Notes: generated from the letters alone by a model not told the origin. A stretch of DNA of 64,000 bases from Ilumatobacteraceae bacterium (GCA_963801795.1 CAWDFZ010000005.1:484664-548663), one strand, 5' to 3'; positions 11,185 to 22,504 are shown, counted from the first letter of the stretch. A program made the numbers and translations.

Positions 11185-11920
11185 ATGCGCAGCGTGATCG
11201 TCCTGCCGACGTACAACGAAGGGGAGAACATCGAACCCTTCCTGCGCGCCGTCCGCAAGGCGGCACCGACCACCGACGTGCTCGTCGTCGACGACAACAG
11301 CCCCGACGGCACGGGCCGGATCGCGGAGACGATCGGCGCCGAACTCGACCGGATCGACGTGCTGCACCGTGCCGCCAAGCACGGTCTCGGCAGTGCCTAC
11401 CGGGACGGGTTCGCCCAGGTGCTCGACGGATCCGTACGACGTGGTCATCTCGATGGATGCCGACTTCTCGCACGACCCCGAGCAGCTGAGCGAGTTCATC
11501 CGGCTGGTCGCCGACGGTGCCGACGTGGTGATCGGCTCGCGCTACATCACCGGCGGCGGAACCACCGACTGGCCGGTCCACCGCCAGCTGCTGTCGAAGT
11601 GGGGCAACACCTACACCCGGGCGATCCTCGGTGTCGGTGCCCGCGACTGCACGAGCGGCTACCGGGCCTACCGGGCGACCTCGCTGGCCGCCATCGATCC
11701 CACCTCGACGTCGGCCGAGGGATACGCGTTCCTCACCGAACTCGTCCGCCGGCTCACCCGTGACGGCGCGACGGTGGTCGAGACGCCGATCATCTTCCGC
11801 GACCGGACCCGGGGCAAGTCGAAGATGTCGGGCCGCATCATCGTCGAGTCGATGATGCTCGTGACCGCGTGGGGCCTCCTCGACCGGTGGCGCCGGTTGA
11901 GCGGTCGCTTCCGCCGGTGA
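11185..11920 (+). CDS. Polyprenol-monophosphomannose synthase-like GT2 (Ppm1/DPM1 family)
   Basis: VIVLPTYNEGENI, VLVVDDNSPDGT, ISMDADFSHDP, VIGSRY and RDRTRGKSKMS. It is read from 10885..11763 (starting at ATG 11185) and then 11369..11920, with one frame change near 11430. Confidence 0.85.
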
Positions 11921-13841
11921 TGACCGACAGCGCATCGGCCGACACTGCGCCGGCGCGACCGCACCGGCGAGACTGGCCGACCGACGGTGCCGCACCGGGT
12001 CGACGGCGTCCGCCTGGCGCACGTCGCCCTGGATCACGATCGTGGTCGTCACGATCGCCGTCGCGCTGCCGCTGATCGTCGCCGTCGCCACCCTCTCCGG
12101 CCGGCGGTGGTTCCCGGTGCTCGACCTGGCGATGACCGAGTTCCGGGTGCGCGACGTCGGCGGGCGGCACACGCCGCTGATCGGGCTGCCCGGGCCGGAT
12201 CGGGACGTTCCCGGAACAGGGCAGCCACCCCGGCCCGATCAGCTTCTGGCTCGTCGCGCCCGGCTACCGGCTGTTCGGCAGCTCGGCGTGGGCGATGGAG
12301 GCCGCGACGGTGATGATCCAGATGGCCTGGATCGCGCGTGGCGCTGTGGATCGGTCACCGCCGGGCCCAACTGGCCGGCGTGCTGGTCGTGGCGGCGGTG
12401 ATCGCGGTGCTGCTGCCGCGGCTACGGGCTGGTGGTGCTGATCCAGCCGTGGAACCCGTACCTGCCGCTGATCGCCTGGATCGTCGTGCTGCTCGCCGCC
12501 TGGTCGGTGGTGTGCGGCGACCACATGATGCTCGTCCCGCTCGTCGTGGCCGCGTCGTTCGCCGCCCAGACCCACATCCCGTACCTGCTGATGGCCGGCG
12601 GCCTTGGTCTGTTCGCCGTCGCCGTCGTGCTCGTCCGCTGCTGGCGCAGCGACGATCGCCGGGCGTTCGTGCGGCCCCTGGCCTGGACCGGCGGTCTGTT
12701 CGCGGTGCTCTGGTTGGCGCCGTTGGTCGAGCAGATCCGTCACGATCCGGGCAACCTCCGCCAGCTGATCGACCACTTCACGTCGCCGACCGAGGACGTG
12801 ATCGGCTGGCGCATGGGCGGCAACGTCCTGCTGCGCCACCTCGATTTCGTCGACGGCTACCTCCGGCTGCTCACCGGCACCGATCGCTTCCTCCAGGTCG
12901 GCTTCGAACCCGACGGTCGCATCTGGCCGGGGGTGCTGCTGCTCGTCGCCTGGATCGCCTCGGTCGTCGTCGCAGTCCGGATGCGGCATCGCTCGCTGAT
13001 CGCGCTCGACACGGTGATCGGGGTGACGCTGCTGCTGTCGTTGGTGTCGATGGCCCGCATCTTCGGCATCGTCTGGTACTACCTCACGCTCTGGGCCTGG
13101 GGCACGACGACGCTCCTGATCGTCGCCATCGTGTGGACGGCGGCCACCTCGTGCATCGGTGCCTGGCACCGACGCACGACCTTGACCGTGCGGCGGGTGG
13201 CGATCGTCGGGTCGCTGGCGCTCGGTGGGTTGGTGATCGTGTCGATGGTGATCGTGGCACCGGGCACGGACCATCCGGAGGAGCGCCTCGGCGCGACGGT
13301 GGGCGCACTGCTGCCGGCGACGATCGAGGCCCTCGACGCCGGAGTCGGCGCCGCCGACGGTCGCGACGGCCGCTACGTCGTGCAGTGGAACGACGCCTAC
13401 TTCTTCGGGAGTCAGGGCTTCGGCCTCGTCAACGAACTCGAGCGCGCCGGCTTCGACGTCGGGATGTACGAGCCGTGGCACGTCCCGGTCACCTCGCACC
13501 GCGTGATCCCCGCCGGGCAGGCGACCGCCGAGGTCGTGATGGTCACGGGCGGGTTCGTCGACCAATGGCGTGGCCGACGACCGCGTGGTCGAGGTCGCCT
13601 CGTTCGACCCGCGTACCGACGCCGAGCGCGAGCAGTTCACGGCGCTGCGCGACGGATCTGATCGCCGATCTCGAAGCGAACGGTCTCGACGACCTCGTGC
13701 CGATCGTCGACACGAACCTGTTCGGGGTGCGCGTCGATCCCGCGGCTCTCGGAACGAGCTCGCGAGGATGCCGCCCGCCTGCTGCTCCTCGGTCAGGAGA
13801 CCGCTGTGTTCATCGGCCCGCCCGGGGTGGCGACGCCGTGA
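11920..13841 (+). CDS. Large polytopic membrane protein with a C-terminal soluble domain (paralogue 1), GT-C candidate, frame-disrupted
   Basis: ATG 11920 overlaps the Ppm stop (TGATG). Pieces are 11869..12075, 12042..12401, a hand-read stretch (SHPGPISFWLVAPGYRLFG), 12432..13661, 13570..15288 and 12338..14587. The end is ...ETAVFIGPPGVATP* with TGA at 13839-13841. It is homologous to the next gene. Confidence 0.65.
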
Positions 13842-15670
13842 CCACCGAGATGAGTGGGATCGTGGCACCGGCGGATACGTCGGCGTCCTCGGACGTGTCG
13901 ATCGACGATCGCGTGCGCCGGTGGGGATGGAAGGTCCTCGCGGCAGCGACCAGCTTCGTGATCCTGCTCTCGGCGGTCCGCGGCATCCGCCGCGGCTACG
14001 AGGCGATCGGCGACAACGCCCTGATCGAGATGCGCGGACGCGACGTGCTCACCGGCAACCATCCGCTGCTCGGCACCTGGTCGTCGGCCTCGATCAGCTC
14101 GAGCGTCGACGTCAACCATCCCGGACCGCTGCTGTTCGACGTCGTCGCACTCCCCGTGCGCCTGTTCGGTGGGGCGGTGGGCATCGCCCTCGCCATCGCC
14201 GCCCTCAACATCGCCGTCGTCTGGGCGGTCGGGTTCGTCACGGCGCGCACCGGCGGGCCGACCGCAGCGATCATCGCCCAGGTCATCACCGCCGGCCTCG
14301 TCTGGACGCTCGGGAGCGAGCTGCTCTACGACCCCTGGCAGCCGAACGTGCTGGTGCTGCCCTTCTGGCTCCTGATGTGCACCGTGTGGGCGGTGATCGA
14401 CGACGACGTCGTCCTGCTGCCGTTGGCGGTCGCCGTCGGCTCGTTCTGCATGCAGACCCACCTCGGCTATCTGTTCCTCGTGCCGATCCTGCTCGCGTTC
14501 GCGCTCGTCGTGGTCGTCCTGCGACGTCGGCGGCGGCGGTCCCGGACGGTTCCGCGACCTGCGGGCACCCGTTGCGGAACTCAGTGATCGTCGGTCTCGT
14601 GCTCTGGGCCCAGCCGCTGTGGGAGCAGTTCTTCAGCGCCGGCCAGGGCAACCTCGGCCGCCTGCTCACGGCCGGCACCGGCGGCTCGGAGGCGGCAGCG
14701 GAGAAGAGCACCACCGGCCTGTCCGTCGGCGTGCGACTGTTCAGCTCGGTCGTCGCCCAGGCCCCATGGTGGCTGCGCCCGGGCTTCGACACGTCGGTGC
14801 CGAGTTCGACGTGGATCGAGACGCCCGACGGGCGCGTGCTGTCGGCGCCCGATCTGGCCGGGCACGGGCGTCGCGCTCGTGGCACTGGTGCTGTTCGTCG
14901 CGGTGGTGGCGCTCGGTTGGGTGGCGGCCCGGCGCAGCGGACACGTCGCCATCGAGCGCGGGTACTGGCTCCTCGCGCTGTGCAGTGGCGTCGCCATGGT
15001 CACGTTGATCATCACGCCGATCGACGTGCTCGGACTGACGCCGCACAAGATCCGCTACCTGTGGATCATCGGGGCGTTCGCCACGTACCTGTTGGTGCTG
15101 TCGCTCCTGTGCGTGCTGCGCGCCGACGCGCGCCGCGGGGCGGTCGCCGGGCTCGCCGTGGTGGGTCTGGTCGCCGCGGTCGCCACGATCCCGGTCCACG
15201 CCAACGCCGCCGGACCGGTGTACTTCAGCGCCACGTACGACTCGATCGCCGACATCCGGTCGCAGGTGTCCGACTACTTCGCCCGTGACCCGCTCGCTCC
15301 GTCGGAGGTCCGGTTCGACGCCGGTGGGCTCGGGTTCGCCGAGCCGTACACGGCGCCGGTGATGGCGGAGTTGGCGGAGAGCGGGGTCGATCTCGTGGTC
15401 GACGACGTGCCGCTCAGCCGCCAGCTGGGCCCGCGGCGTCTCGCCACCGAGGAGGACAGCACGAACCGGCCCGTCGTGTTCGTCCGCGCCGGCGCCGAGG
15501 CGCTCGAGGAGCTCCCGGGCGTCCGGCGCATCGCCTTCCACGACGGCGACCGCACCCCGTTCACGCTGAACGACGTGACCGATCGGGCCGTCGGCGTGTT
15601 CATCAGCGACAACGGCATCGTGCCCGATCCGCTCGCCATCGGGGATGTTCCGGTCGAGGACGGGTCGTGA
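13838..15670 (+). CDS. Large polytopic membrane protein with a C-terminal soluble domain (paralogue 2), GT-C candidate, frame-disrupted
   Basis: GTG 13838 overlaps the upstream stop (GTGA). Pieces are the tail of 12338..14587, then 13570..15288 and 14879..15670. Shared blocks with paralogue 1 are NHPGPLLFDVVALPVRLFG vs SHPGPISFWLVAPGYRLFG, and LYDPWQPNVLVLPFW...SFCMQTHLGYL vs LIQPWNPYLPLIAW...SFAAQTHIPYL. Confidence 0.65.
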
Positions 15671-16809
15671 GCACGGCCAACGACACGCGCGTCGACATCG
15701 TGGTGCCCGTGTACAACGAGGAGGCGATCCTCGAGTCGAGCATCTGCCGACTACGTGAGCACCTGATCACGGGGTTCCCGTTCCGGTGGCGGATCGTCAT
15801 CGCCGACAACGCATCGACCGACGGCACCGCGGCGATCGCCACCAAGCTCTCGGGGACCGACGACCGGATCGTCCACCTGCACCTCGATCAGAAGGGTCGT
15901 GGGCGGGCACTCCGGGCGGCGTGGTCGAGTTCCGATGCCGACGTGGTCGCATACACCGACGTCGACCTGTCGACCGGCCTCACCGGCCTGCTCCCACTCG
16001 TGGCACCACTGGTGTCGGGACACTCCGACCTCGCCATCGGGTCGCGTCTCAGCTCGAGTTCGGTCGTCGCCCGTGGCCCGAAGCGCGAGCTGATCTCCCG
16101 GTGCTACAACCAGCTCCTGCGGCTGGTGTTCGCCGTGCGGTTCCGCGACGCGCAATGCGGGTTCAAGGCGGGCCGTGCCGACGTCGTGCAGCTGCTCCTG
16201 CCCGCCGTCGAGGACGAAGCCTGGTTCTTCGACACCGAACTGCTGCTGCTCGCCGAATACAACGGGCTGCGCGTCCACGAGGTGCCCGTCGACTGGATCG
16301 ACGATCCCGACAGCCGGGTCGACGTGCGCTCGACGGCGATGGCCGACCTCCGCGGCGTGCGGCGCATGGCGTGGCGCTTCTTCCGGGGCCGCGCCTCGGT
16401 CGACCTCGGCGAGCACGAACGAAAGCCCTTGGCCGACGACTTCGGCCGCCAAACGGTCACCTACGCCAGCATCGGCCTCGTCTCGACCGCGATCAGCCTC
16501 GTGATCTTCCTGCTGCTGCGCGACCAGATCGGCGCCGTCTGGGCGAACGTGGTCGGGTTCACCGCCACGGCGATCGGCAACAACTGGGCCAACCGGCGCT
16601 GGACGTTCCACCGGCGCAGCGACGAGGATCGCCGATGGCGGATGGTCACGACGTTCACCGTGTTCGCGATCTCGCTGCTCGTCACCTCGCTGGCACTGGC
16701 CGCCGTCGACGGCAACCCCACCGCCGAACTCGTCGTGCTGGCCATCACGTGGACGGCCGCGGCGATCTTCCGCTTTGTAGTGTTGCGGCAATGGGTGTAC
16801 CGCCGATGA
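15667..16809 (+). CDS. Bifunctional GT2 (polyprenyl-phosphate glycosyltransferase-like) / GtrA-family fusion protein
   Basis: This is an intact 380-aa ORF. GTG 15667 overlaps the upstream stop (GTGA). The GT2 part has IVVPVYNEE, IADNASTDGT, YTDVDLS and AQCGFK. The C-terminal ~120 aa carry 4 TM helices, typical of GtrA (LVSTAISLVIFLLL..., NNWANRRWTF). Confidence 0.85.
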   Translation: MSTANDTRVDIVVPVYNEEAILESSICRLREHLITGFPFRWRIVIADNASTDGTAAIATKLSGTDDRIVHLHLDQKGRGRALRAAWSSSDADVVAYTDVDLSTGLTGLLPLVAPLVSGHSDLAIGSRLSSSSVVARGPKRELISRCYNQLLRLVFAVRFRDAQCGFKAGRADVVQLLLPAVEDEAWFFDTELLLLAEYNGLRVHEVPVDWIDDPDSRVDVRSTAMADLRGVRRMAWRFFRGRASVDLGEHERKPLADDFGRQTVTYASIGLVSTAISLVIFLLLRDQIGAVWANVVGFTATAIGNNWANRRWTFHRRSDEDRRWRMVTTFTVFAISLLVTSLALAAVDGNPTAELVVLAITWTAAAIFRFVVLRQWVYRR

Positions 16810-18347
16810 GCTCGACGGGCGCGGCGGCCGGGAGCGGCGCGAAGGTCGGAGTCCTCGTCGTCGCCTACAACGCCGAGACGACGCTGCGGTGGGTGCTCGA
16901 CCGCATCCCGTCGCCGCTGCGCAGCGAACTGGTCGAAGTGCTCGTGATGGACGACCACTCGGGCGATGCGACGTTCGACGTCGCCCAGGACTACATCGCC
17001 GACGGCACCGACATCCCGCTCACGATCGTGCGGCACGAGGCCAACCTCGGCTACGGCGGGAATCAGAAGGCCGGGTACCGCTACGCCATCGACCACGGCT
17101 GGGACATCGTGGTCCTCCTCCACGGCGACGGCCAGTACGCGCCGGAGAAGATGCCCGACCTGCTGGCGCCGTTCGCCGACGATCGCGTCGACGCCGTGTT
17201 CGGCTCGCGCATGCTCGACCCGGGCGGGGCCCGCCGCGGTGGGATGCCCTGTACAAGTACGTCGGCAACCGGATCCTCACCCGCACCCAGAACGTGATCG
17301 CCGGGGTCCGCCTGAGCGAGTGGCACTCGGGTTATCGCGCCTATCGGGTGTCGGCGCTGGCCGACCTGCCGTTCGTCGGCAACAGCGACGGGTTCGACTT
17401 CGACACCGAGATCATCCTGCAGCTGCTCGGTTCGCACCGCCGGATCGTCGAGGTCCCGATCCCGACGTACTACGGCGACGAGATCTCGCGGGTGAACGGG
17501 ATCGCCTACGCCCGCGACATCGTCCTCGACACGGTCCGCCACCGCCTCGGGGAGGTCGGCTTCGGCCGCGGCGACCTCGGGCGCAAGGACGAGCCCTACG
17601 CGTACAAGCCGTCGCCCGACAGTTCGCACGGCATCGTCCTCGAACTCGTTCCCGACGACGCGCCGCTGCGGGTGCTCGACGTCGGGCTGCGGACCCGGCT
17701 GGGTGGCCGCCGAACTGCGCCGCCGCGGCCATCACGTCACGGGGGTCGACCTGATCGCCGACGAGGGCGTCACCGAGCGGACCGACCGCTTCTTCGAGGC
17801 CGACCTCGAGCAGGGTCTCCCCGACGCGGTCGGCGGCGGGTTCGACGTGGTGATCGCCGCCGACGTGATCGAACATGTCCGCAATCCGGACGAGCTGCTC
17901 GCCGACCTCGCCGGCCGGACGTCACGGACCGGGATGATCATCGCCAGCGTTCCGAACTTCGGCCACTGGTACCCGCGGGCACGGACGGCGGCCGGACTGT
18001 TCGACTACGACCAGCGCGGCATCCTCGACCGGACCCACGTGCGCTTCTTCACCCGGCGCAGCTTCCGGCGGGCGGTGGCCAACACCGGCCTGGTCACCAC
18101 CGCCGAGGAGTACGCCGGGCTGCCGCTCGACGTGCTCGGGGTGGAGGGCGCCGCGGGCACGTTCGTCGCGTTCGTCGATCGCGTGCTGCGCACCGTGTGG
18201 CCGACGATGTTCGCCTACCAGTTCGTCGTGAAGCTGGAGACGGCACCGGCGCTGCTCGAGCCCGTCGTGACGTCGCGTGACGGCGGCCGTACGTCGACGC
18301 GGCCGAGCAGCGCCGCGGCTTGTCGACCGCTGCGGTCGTCAACGTGA
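16806..18347 (+). CDS. GT2 glycosyltransferase fused to a class I SAM methyltransferase domain, frame-disrupted
   Basis: ATG 16806 overlaps the upstream stop (ATGA). The GT2 part has VLVVAYNAE, VMDDHSGD, LLHGDGQY and SGYRAY. The MTase part has LRVLDVG.., DVVIAADVIEHV and IIASVPNFGHWY. Pieces are the tail of 15786..17297, 16889..18280 and 17703..18347. The exact 3' end is uncertain (18280-18347). Confidence 0.75.
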
Positions 18348-20195
18348 TCACGGTCGTGGCCGTGTTGCTGTTCTGGCTCGTGTCGACGTCGTGGCAGCCG
18401 TGGAACCTCCTCGCCCGAGCCGGTTTCAGCGCCGACTTCTACGACGAGCAGGCGAGGGTGTTCCTCCGGGGCCGGCTCGCCGTCGACCCGCGGTTCCGGG
18501 GCCGGAGGGTTTCCTGATCGACGGCGGGACGTACCTGTACTACGGCCCGTTCCTGTCGTTGGTGCGGATGCCGTTCCAGCTGTTCGGCGACTTGTTCACC
18601 TCGCGCCTCGTGCGGCTGTCGATGCTCGTCGCCGTCGTCGTGCTGTGTCGCTGGTCGGCCCGCCTCGCCCGCGCCGCCCAGCGCACGTTCGGTTCGTTCC
18701 GGACCCGTCCCCAGACGAACCGAGCGGACGGGAAGCCGGTCGACGAGCGATGGGTCGTGGGCTTGTTCACGGCGGCCGTGGTGTTCTCGCCGGCGATCTT
18801 CGCCGCCGGGTGGATCAGCGTCTACAACGAGACCGAGCTCTGGGCGTTCACGCTGGCCATCGTGTCGGCCACGCTCGTATCGTGGAGTGGGCCGCCTCGC
18901 AGTTCACGTCGATCCGCCTGCTGATCGGTGCGATCGCTGCCGCGCTCGGCGGCGACATTGACCACGCGCCCCGATCGGGCTCGGCATGGCGTTCGCCATC
19001 GGCGTGTGTGGACTGGTGCTCGCCTGGCGGAACCGGACCGATCGCCGACCTGGCGGCACCCGTACGGCGATCCTGGCGATCGTCGGGGGACTGCTGCCAC
19101 TGGTCGCCCACGCGGCGGTGAACTTCGCCAAGTTCGGCACGCTCTTCTCGGTGCCCGGCGGTCGCCAGGTGCTCTCGTTGCAGGACCCGTCGCGGGCCGA
19201 CTGGTTCGCCGGGAACAACGACAGCTTCTTCTCGCCGCGGTTCCTGACCACCACCGTCGTGCAGTACCTGCGACCGGACGCGATCCGCTTCGAGCGGCTC
19301 GTACCCGGCATCCGGTTCGGCCCGGTCGCGCCGAACCGGGCGTCGTATCCGTTGCTCGGCAACACCCCCTCGTCGTCGCTGACACTCACGGCCACGCTGC
19401 TGTTGATCCTCGCCGTCGTCGGCGCTGTCTGGATCGTCCGCCGGCGAGCGCTCACGTGGGGGTTGGTCGTCGTGTGCACCGCTCGGCGGCGCGCTCCCGA
19501 CGTTCCTCATCGGCTTCCTCGCCCAGCGGTACCTGATCGACATGCTGCCGCCGCTCGCCGTCGCCGGATCGATCGGCGCGTGGGCGATCGGGACGTGGGC
19601 GGTGGGGCGATCGTCGGCTCGTTGGATCGCCGCCGGCGGCGTCGTGCTGGTCGTGTGGGGCGCCTGGGCGAATCTCTCGCTCGCCACGTGGACGCTCGAC
19701 CAGAAGTCACCGGGGTTCACCGAGCTGCGTTATCGGGTCGACGACGCCGTCTTCTCCGGCCCATCACCCGGCCTGATCTCGATCGAACCCGGCTCGCCGG
19801 TGGCCCGTGATGGCATGACGGCGGTCGAGATCGACCCGGATGCGGGCTGCACGGGTGTCTACACCGCCGAACAGGGTGTCTGGGTCGCCGTCGAGCGGGG
19901 ATCCGCACGTCAGGTGACCCAGACCGTGACCGCCGACCGGGTTCCGACCCCGCTCGCCGCCGGCGACGGGTGGGCCGTCGACCTCGACCTGTCCGACCCG
20001 GCCATCGCGCACGTCATCGTCACCGATGGGAGCGGTGCGGTGATCAGCGATCAGCCGGTGCCGAACTGGACCCCGCTCGAGGAGGACGAAGAACGCGACG
20101 TCACCGTGATCGTCGACCCGGTCACCAACACCTCGACGATCACCATCGACACGCGGCGACGCCGGCGACGAGGCCATGCTGTTCCTCCCCGGTGA
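18320..20195 (+). CDS. Polytopic membrane protein, GT-C-like glycosyltransferase candidate, frame-disrupted
   Basis: Pieces are 18320..18517, 18277..18924, 18645..19121, 18986..19810 and 19542..20195. Blocks include FYDEQARVFLRGRLAV, FLIDGGTYLYYGPFLSLVRMPF and many TM helices, with a soluble C-terminal region. Both ends are uncertain (start 18277-18320, end 20195-20281). Confidence 0.55.
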
Positions 20196-20282
20196 GCTCC
20201 TCGACCGCCGGTCCGCTCCGCTCCACCGCCGACTCGAACGGCGAGAGCCCCCTCTGCCGGCAGCTCCTCGACCGCCTCTGAC

Positions 20283-20334
20283 CCGAAAAATGCCGCGAAT
20301 CGTTCGCTCAGCGAGCGATTCGCGGCATTTTCGG
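20283..20334. terminator. 52-nt near-perfect palindrome (copy A of an interspersed element); candidate bidirectional intrinsic terminator
   Basis: ccgaaaaatgccgcgaatcg (20283-20302) pairs with cgattcgcggcattttcgg (20316-20334), with one bulge. The GC stem gccgcgaatcg/cgattcgcggc is followed by a U-run on both strands. It lies between convergent genes, and a related copy sits at 50945-50999. Confidence 0.6.
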
Positions 20335-20355
20335 GGATTTCGGGGATTTCGGGGC
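20329..20355. repeat. Three tandem 9-bp units (tttcgggga x2 plus tttcggggc)
   Basis: Read directly. The units extend the right arm of the palindrome up to 2 nt before the stop codon (20358-20360) of the ABC ATPase gene. Confidence 0.8.
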
Positions 20356-20357
20356 GG

Positions 20358-21204
20358 TCAGAGGATCTGGGAGAGGAAGCGCTTGGTGCGTTCCTCCTGG
20401 GGGTTGGTGAAGAAGTGTTCGGGCGTGCCGACCTCGACGATCTGGCCGGCCTCCATGAACACGACACGGTCGGCGACCTCGCGGGCGAAGCCCATCTCGT
20501 GGGTGACGACGACCATCGTCATGCCGCCGACGGCGAGGTCCTTCATCGTGTCGAGCACCTCGTTGATCATCTCCGGGTCGAGCGCCGACGTCGGTTCGTC
20601 GAACAGCATCACCTTCGGGTCGCATCGCCAACGCGCGGGCGATCGCCACCCGCTGTTGCTGGCCGCCCGACAGCTGACCCGGATACTTGCGGGCCTGCTC
20701 GGGGATCTTCACCTGGGCGAGCATCTCCATCCCGAGCTCCTCGGCCTTCGCCTTCGGCAGCTTGCGCACCTTGCGCGGGGCGAGGGTGATGTTGTCGAGC
20801 ACGCTGAGGTGCGGGAACAGGTTGAAGCTCTGGAACACCATGCCGGTCTCGCGGCGGATCTCGGCGATGTTGCGGATGTCGTTCGACAGCTCGGTGCCGT
20901 CGACCACGATGCGCCCCGCGTCGTGCTCCTCGAGCCGGTTGACGCAGCGGATCATCGTCGACTTGCCCGACCCCGACGGCCCGATCACCACGACCACCTC
21001 GGTCGTCGCCACCTTGAGGTTGATGTCCTTCAGGGCCTGGAAGTCGCCGAAGAACTTGTCGACGTGTTCGAGTTCGATCATCGGCGCGCCGTCGCCCGAC
21101 ATCGCCGTCGCATCGCTGAACACGGTGCCGGTCTGCTCGTCGCTCATGCCAATGTCGTCGCTCATCTCGTCCCCACTCATCTGGCCCCACTCACCCTGTC
21201 CCAC
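20358..21204 (-). CDS. Polar amino-acid ABC transporter ATP-binding protein (GlnQ/AapP-like), one frame change
   Basis: Walker [10 protein letters not shown], signature [15 protein letters not shown], Walker [12 protein letters not shown] and H-loop VVVTHEMGF. Pieces are 20308..21204 and 20358..20612. Several in-frame ATGs lie between 21204 and 21090, so the start is uncertain. Confidence 0.9.
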
Positions 21205-21218
21205 TCATTTCGACCGGC

Positions 21219-22504
21219 TCATCTCGTGCCGACGCCGAGCCGCCGTTCGAGGCGCTGGCTCTCCCGACTCATCGTGAACGCCACGATCCAGAACATCAGC
21301 GCGGCGAACGTGATCGTCTCACCGATCAATCCTTGCCCGCTGAACGCCTCCTGGGCGGTGATCGCCGCCGACACGTTCAGCAGCTCGAACAGCGCCATCG
21401 CGATGCCGGCCAGCGTCGTGTCCTTGAACAGCGAGATCAGCTGGCCGATCTGGGCCGGGATCACGTTGCGCAGTGCCTGCGGGAGCACGACGTACGCCGT
21501 CTGGCGCACCGGGGAGAGTCCGAGCGCCTTGGCCGCCTCGATCTGGCCGCGCGGCACCGACTGCAGGCCGCCGCGGACGATCTCGGCCATGTACGCCGCC
21601 GTGAACAGGGTGAACACGACGATCGCCCTCGTCGCCGTCGACGGTGCCAGGTTCGGCGGCACGAAGAACCCGAGCGCGACGTTGGCCAGCAGCAGCAGCA
21701 CGTAGAGCGGTGCGCCGCGGATGATCTCGATGTACACCGTGCACATCCAGCGCACGAGCGGCAGACCCGATCGCCGCCCGAGCGCGAGCAGCACTCCGAG
21801 CGGGAAGCACAGGATGATCGAGCACACGGCGAGGAACAGGTTGAGCAGGAACCCGCCCCACTCGTCGAACCCGACGGCGGTGACGACGTAGAGATAGAGG
21901 GCGAGCGGCACCGCGGCGAGCAGGAGCGACGAGCCCGATGCTCACCGCCCGGTTGGGCCGGCGGCGGCCGAGCCAACCGCCCGCGACCCTCGTCACCAGC
22001 GCAGCGGCGAGCGCCAGCCCGACCATGATCCACGGGCCCCGGTGTCCCCGCCAGCACGAGCAGGTAGACCACGACGAGCGCGAGCGCCCAGAACCGGCCG
22101 ACCAGGTCGGCCGCCCGCCGGCGCAGTGGGAGCCGTCTCGCCGTGCCGGTCCGGGCGCGCCGTCCGCTGATCGAGCCCGGCCATCAGCCCGGCCCACGCC
22201 GCCAATCCGACGACCGTCACGGCGAGCCGCAGGACGTGGGCCGGCGGGAAGCGCCCGATCATCAGCAGCTGGAGGTTGACGCGGATGATCTCCCACCGTC
22301 CGGTGAGGAACACGAACGTGAAGGTCTTGTACAGCACGACGACGGCGATCGAGCCGAACACGACCGTCAGCACGCCGTCGAGCGGGGTGCGGAACAGGTT
22401 GTGGCGGACCCACACGCCGGCGCCCGGGCGCGTGCGTCGGCCCGTCGATCGACCGGGGGCTGGATGACCGGTTCGGAACCGAGTTCGACGATGGCGTCGC
22501 TCAT
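21219..22504 (-). CDS. Amino-acid ABC transporter permease (AapM-like), frame-disrupted
   Basis: The intact C-terminal part is 21219..21911 (EAAKALGLSPVRQTAYVVLPQALRNVIP). The N-terminal part sits in the tail of 21993..23666 (WVRHNLFRTPLDGVLTVVFG). ATG 22504 (MSDAIVELG...) follows the upstream stop. Confidence 0.85.

Noticed and set aside
20283-20334. The palindromic element pair (with 50945-50999) as a MITE or IS remnant.
   Set aside because: No target-site duplication, terminal inverted repeats distinct from the hairpin itself, or transposase gene is visible. With only two copies in view, I report it as a repeat/terminator and leave mobility open.
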